In this document: piece by piece, positions 61,100-64,000 of the stretch | Numbering within the stretch: the stretch's first letter is position 1 | How the letters are laid out: each line of letters begins with the position of its first letter | Origin: an uncultured Sphingomonas sp. | GTDB lineage: Bacteria; Pseudomonadota; Alphaproteobacteria; Sphingomonadales; Sphingomonadaceae | Direction: 5' to 3' | Length of the DNA stretch: 64,000 bases | Assembly (NCBI GenBank): GCA_966211615.1 | Contig: CBIHNZ010000017.1 | Location: forward strand, 22,954-86,953 | Notes under the pieces: model-generated | What the model saw: the letters and a program-made list of their open reading frames with translations, nothing else | What the model was told of the DNA's origin: nothing | Databases searched by the model: none | Translations under genes and position numbers: made by a program

Positions 61100-61298
61100 G
61101 TCTTGTGACCCTGCCGTGCGCGCATCTCCGATCCTTGCTTCTGCGCAAATCTTCCTGGCTTGCCATGGTTCGGCAGGGTCCAGGAAATGGGATTCGGCCA
61201 GGCGCGAAGCGATGGCCAGACGGGATACTCCCGGGACGCTGGTCCGGAACTCCAGCGGCCCAAGAGCGGGAGGGTGGAGAAATCCACCCTCCTTTTTT
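61100..61298 (+). ncRNA. Candidate structured small RNA
   Basis: Five stems, a possible pseudoknot and a terminator; no plus-strand stop codon between 61109 and the terminator, so no ORF ends there. 5' end unknown. Confidence 0.55.
61269..61298 (+). terminator. Intrinsic terminator
   Basis: GGAGGGTGGA-GAAA-TCCACCCTCC-TTTTTT. Confidence 0.92.
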
Positions 61299-61437
61299 GT
61301 GCGCACGGCTCGGCGATATTCGCACCTCGTTTCGGCGCGCGGCCGGGTTTCTTCGGGCTGGTCAGCGTTGTCAGCGGTTTCTCGGTTGAAAATGCTGGGT
61401 TAGAGCGCCTGCCAGCGTCACGAATCAGGGAAGCAAC

Positions 61438-62352
61438 ATGCAGATCACGCCCGCGGTCAAAGCCATTCTCGACAAGTACGAGTCCGACAATCCGGGCGTG
61501 AAGGCCAATCTGGCGCGCATCCTGATGCAGGGCAGGCTGGGCGGCACGGGCAAGCTGATCATCCTGCCGGTCGACCAGGGCCTGGAGCACGGCCCGGCGC
61601 GCAGCTTCGCGGTGAACCCCGACGCCTATGACCCGCACTATCATTTCCAGCTCGCGATCGACGCGGGCCTCTCCGCCTATGCCGCGCCGCTGGGGATGAT
61701 CGAGGCGGGCGCGGGCACCTTCGCCGGCCAGATCCCGACGATCCTCAAGGTCAATTCGTCGAACAGCTGGGCGACGAGCGCCAACCAGGCGGTGACCGGC
61801 GGGGTCGACGACGCGCTGCGGCTCGGCTGCTCGGCGATCGGCTTCACCATCTATCCGGGCAGCGACGACGTGTTCGACATGATGGAGGAGATCCGCGAAC
61901 TCTCCGCCGAGGCGAAGAGTGTCGGCATCGCGACGGTGATCTGGTCGTACCCGCGCGGCGGCAAGCTGCCCAAGTCGGGCGAGCTGGCGCTCGACGTCGG
62001 CGCCTATGCCGCGCACATGGCGGCTTTGCTCGGCGCACACATCATCAAGGTGAAGCTGCCGAACGACCATATCGAGCAGAAGGAAGCCGTGCCGGTCTAT
62101 GAGGGCAATGACTGGTCGAAGCAGTCCGACCGCGTGAAGCACGTCGTGCAGTCCTGCTTCGCAGGGCGCCGGATCGTCGTCTTCTCGGGCGGCGCGGCCA
62201 AGGGCGAGGACGCGGTCTATCAGGACGCGCGCGACATTCGCGACGGTGGCGGCAACGGCTCGATCATCGGCCGCAACACCTTCCAGCGCAAGCGCGAGGA
62301 CGCGATGGCGATGCTCGACAAGCTGGTGCGGATCTACAAGAACGAGGAATGA
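61438..62352 (+). CDS. fbaB: Class I fructose-bisphosphate aldolase (DhnA/FbaB type)
   Basis: GTGKLIILPVDQG.EHGP, ILKVNS, WSYPRG, AHIIKVKLP, FSGG, GSIIGRN.FQR. Confidence 0.93.
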   Translation: MQITPAVKAILDKYESDNPGVKANLARILMQGRLGGTGKLIILPVDQGLEHGPARSFAVNPDAYDPHYHFQLAIDAGLSAYAAPLGMIEAGAGTFAGQIPTILKVNSSNSWATSANQAVTGGVDDALRLGCSAIGFTIYPGSDDVFDMMEEIRELSAEAKSVGIATVIWSYPRGGKLPKSGELALDVGAYAAHMAALLGAHIIKVKLPNDHIEQKEAVPVYEGNDWSKQSDRVKHVVQSCFAGRRIVVFSGGAAKGEDAVYQDARDIRDGGGNGSIIGRNTFQRKREDAMAMLDKLVRIYKNEE

Positions 62353-62744
62353 CTTCGCGCCGTCCCGTGCTGGCTGGCCTTGCGCTCGCGCTGCTGGGCG
62401 GAGCTGCGCTGGCGAAAGGGACGGCGATGGAAGACGAGGCGGTGCCGTACGGCATGATCGGCAAGATGAAGGCGCAGCCCGGCAAGCGTGCCGAGCTGAT
62501 CGAGATACTGGGCGCGGGCACCGGCGACATGCCCGGTTGCCGCGCCTATCTCATCGCCGAGGACGCCAAGGAGCCCGACGCGATCTGGATTACCGAGATC
62601 TGGGACAGCAAGGCGAGCCATGACGCCTCGCTCGCGCTGCCTGGGGTGAAGGCGGCGATCGCCAAGGGCCGCCCGCTGATCGCGGGCTTCGAGATGGGCG
62701 CCGAGACGCGGCCGGTGTCAAAGGCGAGCTTCATCAAGGCGTGA
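62349..62744 (+). CDS. ABM-domain (putative quinol monooxygenase) protein with signal-like N-terminus
   Basis: GKMKAQPGKRAEL, WITEIWDSKASHDASL. Confidence 0.8.
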   Translation: MTSRRPVLAGLALALLGGAALAKGTAMEDEAVPYGMIGKMKAQPGKRAELIEILGAGTGDMPGCRAYLIAEDAKEPDAIWITEIWDSKASHDASLALPGVKAAIAKGRPLIAGFEMGAETRPVSKASFIKA

Positions 62745-62763
62745 CGCGTCGGGGAGGTGCCGG

Positions 62764-63429
62764 ATGACGACCGAGTGGGAACGTGTCGACGATTATATCG
62801 CGGCGCACCTCCTGGGCAGCGATCCGGCGCTCGACGCTGCGCTCGCGGCCAATGCGGCGGGCGCGCTTCCCGCGATCGACGTGTCCGCGGCGCAGGGCAA
62901 GATGCTCCATCTGTTCGCGCGGATGTGCGGCGCGCGGCGTATCCTCGAAGTGGGGACGCTGGGCGGCTATTCGACGATCTGGCTGGCGCGGGCGCTGCCC
63001 GAGGACGGGCGGCTGGTGACGTTGGAGCTCGAGCCGCATCATGCCGAAGTGGCGCGGGCGAACATCGCGCGCGCCGGGCTGGCGGCGCAGGTGGAGATAC
63101 GCGTCGGACCTGCGATCGACAGCCTGGAGGCGATGATCGCGGCGGGGGAGGCGGTGTTCGACCTGGTGTTCATCGATGCCGACAAGCCCTCGAACACGGC
63201 CTACCTCAAGGCCGCGCTGGCGCTCACCCGGCCAGGGAGCGTGATCGTGGTCGACAATGTCGTGCGCGAGGGCGGGATCCTGGACGCCGATACGGGCGAC
63301 GAGCGGATCGACGGGACGCGCGCGCTGTTCGAGGCGGTCGCCGCCGAGCCGCGGCTGAACGCGACGGCCGTGCAGACGGTCGGCGCGAAGAAATGGGACG
63401 GCTTCCTGCTGGCAGTGGTGAACGGCTGA
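62764..63429 (+). CDS. O-methyltransferase (COMT/CCoAOMT-like family 3)
   Basis: RILEVGTLGGYSTIW, FDLVFIDADK, VVDNVV, KWDGF. Confidence 0.92.
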   Translation: MTTEWERVDDYIAAHLLGSDPALDAALAANAAGALPAIDVSAAQGKMLHLFARMCGARRILEVGTLGGYSTIWLARALPEDGRLVTLELEPHHAEVARANIARAGLAAQVEIRVGPAIDSLEAMIAAGEAVFDLVFIDADKPSNTAYLKAALALTRPGSVIVVDNVVREGGILDADTGDERIDGTRALFEAVAAEPRLNATAVQTVGAKKWDGFLLAVVNG

Positions 63430-63451
63430 GGCTTTCGCTAAAGGCCGTGCG

Positions 63452-64000
63452 ATGACCGATTTCGATGACGATGCCCTGCCGCCGCTCGCGGCCGATTTCG
63501 CCGACCAGTTCACGCGCGATATCCGCCGGCCGCCGTGCCAGCTCTACCTGATCTCGCCGCAGGACGTGGACGGTGGGTTCCCGGACCGGCTGAAGCGCGC
63601 GCTGGAGGCCGGGCCCGTCGCGGCGTTCCAGTTCCGGGTGAAGGGCGTCGACCAGCACGAGGCGGTGCGGCTCGCCGAGCCGCTCCAGCGGATCTGCGCC
63701 GATGCCGAGGTGGCGTTCATCGTCAACGACAGCATCAGCCTGGCCAAGCGGCTGGGCGCCGACGGCGTCCATCTGGGGCAGGGTGACGGCGATCCGCGCG
63801 AGGCGCGATCGGTGCTCGGCCCCAACGCCCAGATCGGCGTGACCTGCCACGACAGCCGCCATCTGGCGATGGAAGCGGGCGAGGGCGGGGCGGACTATGT
63901 CGCGTTCGGCGCCTTCTATCCCACCGCCACCAAGGAGACGCGGCACCGGCCCGAGCCGGTGATCCTGTCCTGGTGGTCGACCCTGTTCGAGATCCCGTGC
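63452..64000 (+). CDS. thiE: Thiamine-phosphate synthase (runs off the window)
   Basis: CQLYLISP, FQFRVK, FIVND, ADGVHLGQGD, IGVTCHDSRHLA, ADYVAFGAF.PT.TK. Confidence 0.93.
   Translation, partial: MTDFDDDALPPLAADFADQFTRDIRRPPCQLYLISPQDVDGGFPDRLKRALEAGPVAAFQFRVKGVDQHEAVRLAEPLQRICADAEVAFIVNDSISLAKRLGADGVHLGQGDGDPREARSVLGPNAQIGVTCHDSRHLAMEAGEGGADYVAFGAFYPTATKETRHRPEPVILSWWSTLFEIPC

Noticed and set aside
63430-63452. TPP riboswitch upstream of thiE
   Set aside because: Only about 22 bp separate the methyltransferase stop and the thiE start, and no TPP consensus (CUGAGA) context was seen.

Overview
High-GC alphaproteobacterial chromosome, most likely Sphingomonas or another Sphingomonadaceae member. 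This assignment is inferred from gene content and order: guaB-rsmB-TPR, lptD-surA-pdxA-rsmA, holC, ndk, zapA-6S-ygfA and tkt-gap-pgk...fbaB-thiE. Core housekeeping blocks flank a ~28 kb acyl-CoA/lipid catabolic region (18.8-47.1 kb). That region holds two paired acyl-CoA dehydrogenase modules, an Lva/ACAD10-11-like operon, a TonB-dependent receptor, a double-TetR regulator, two CoA ligases, two thioesterases and a FadN/PimF-type enzyme. RNA genes are tRNA-Asp(GTC) and 6S RNA. No integrase, transposase, phage or CRISPR signal was seen. The most unusual signals are mostly non-coding: (1) a dispersed ~120-280 bp element in three copies, with conserved end motifs and, in two copies, an 11-bp-phased TGTCGC array; (2) a terminated, multi-hairpin, possibly pseudoknotted ncRNA candidate upstream of fbaB; (3) twin hairpins with anti-Shine-Dalgarno-like loops in the leader of an EF-hand/two-component cassette; (4) an orphan LexA box; (5) an uncharacterised lipoprotein/helical-protein islet next to tRNA-Asp. 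Two families of palindromic REP/CIR-like repeats are also present. All assignments were made by eye from the sequence, with no database searches.
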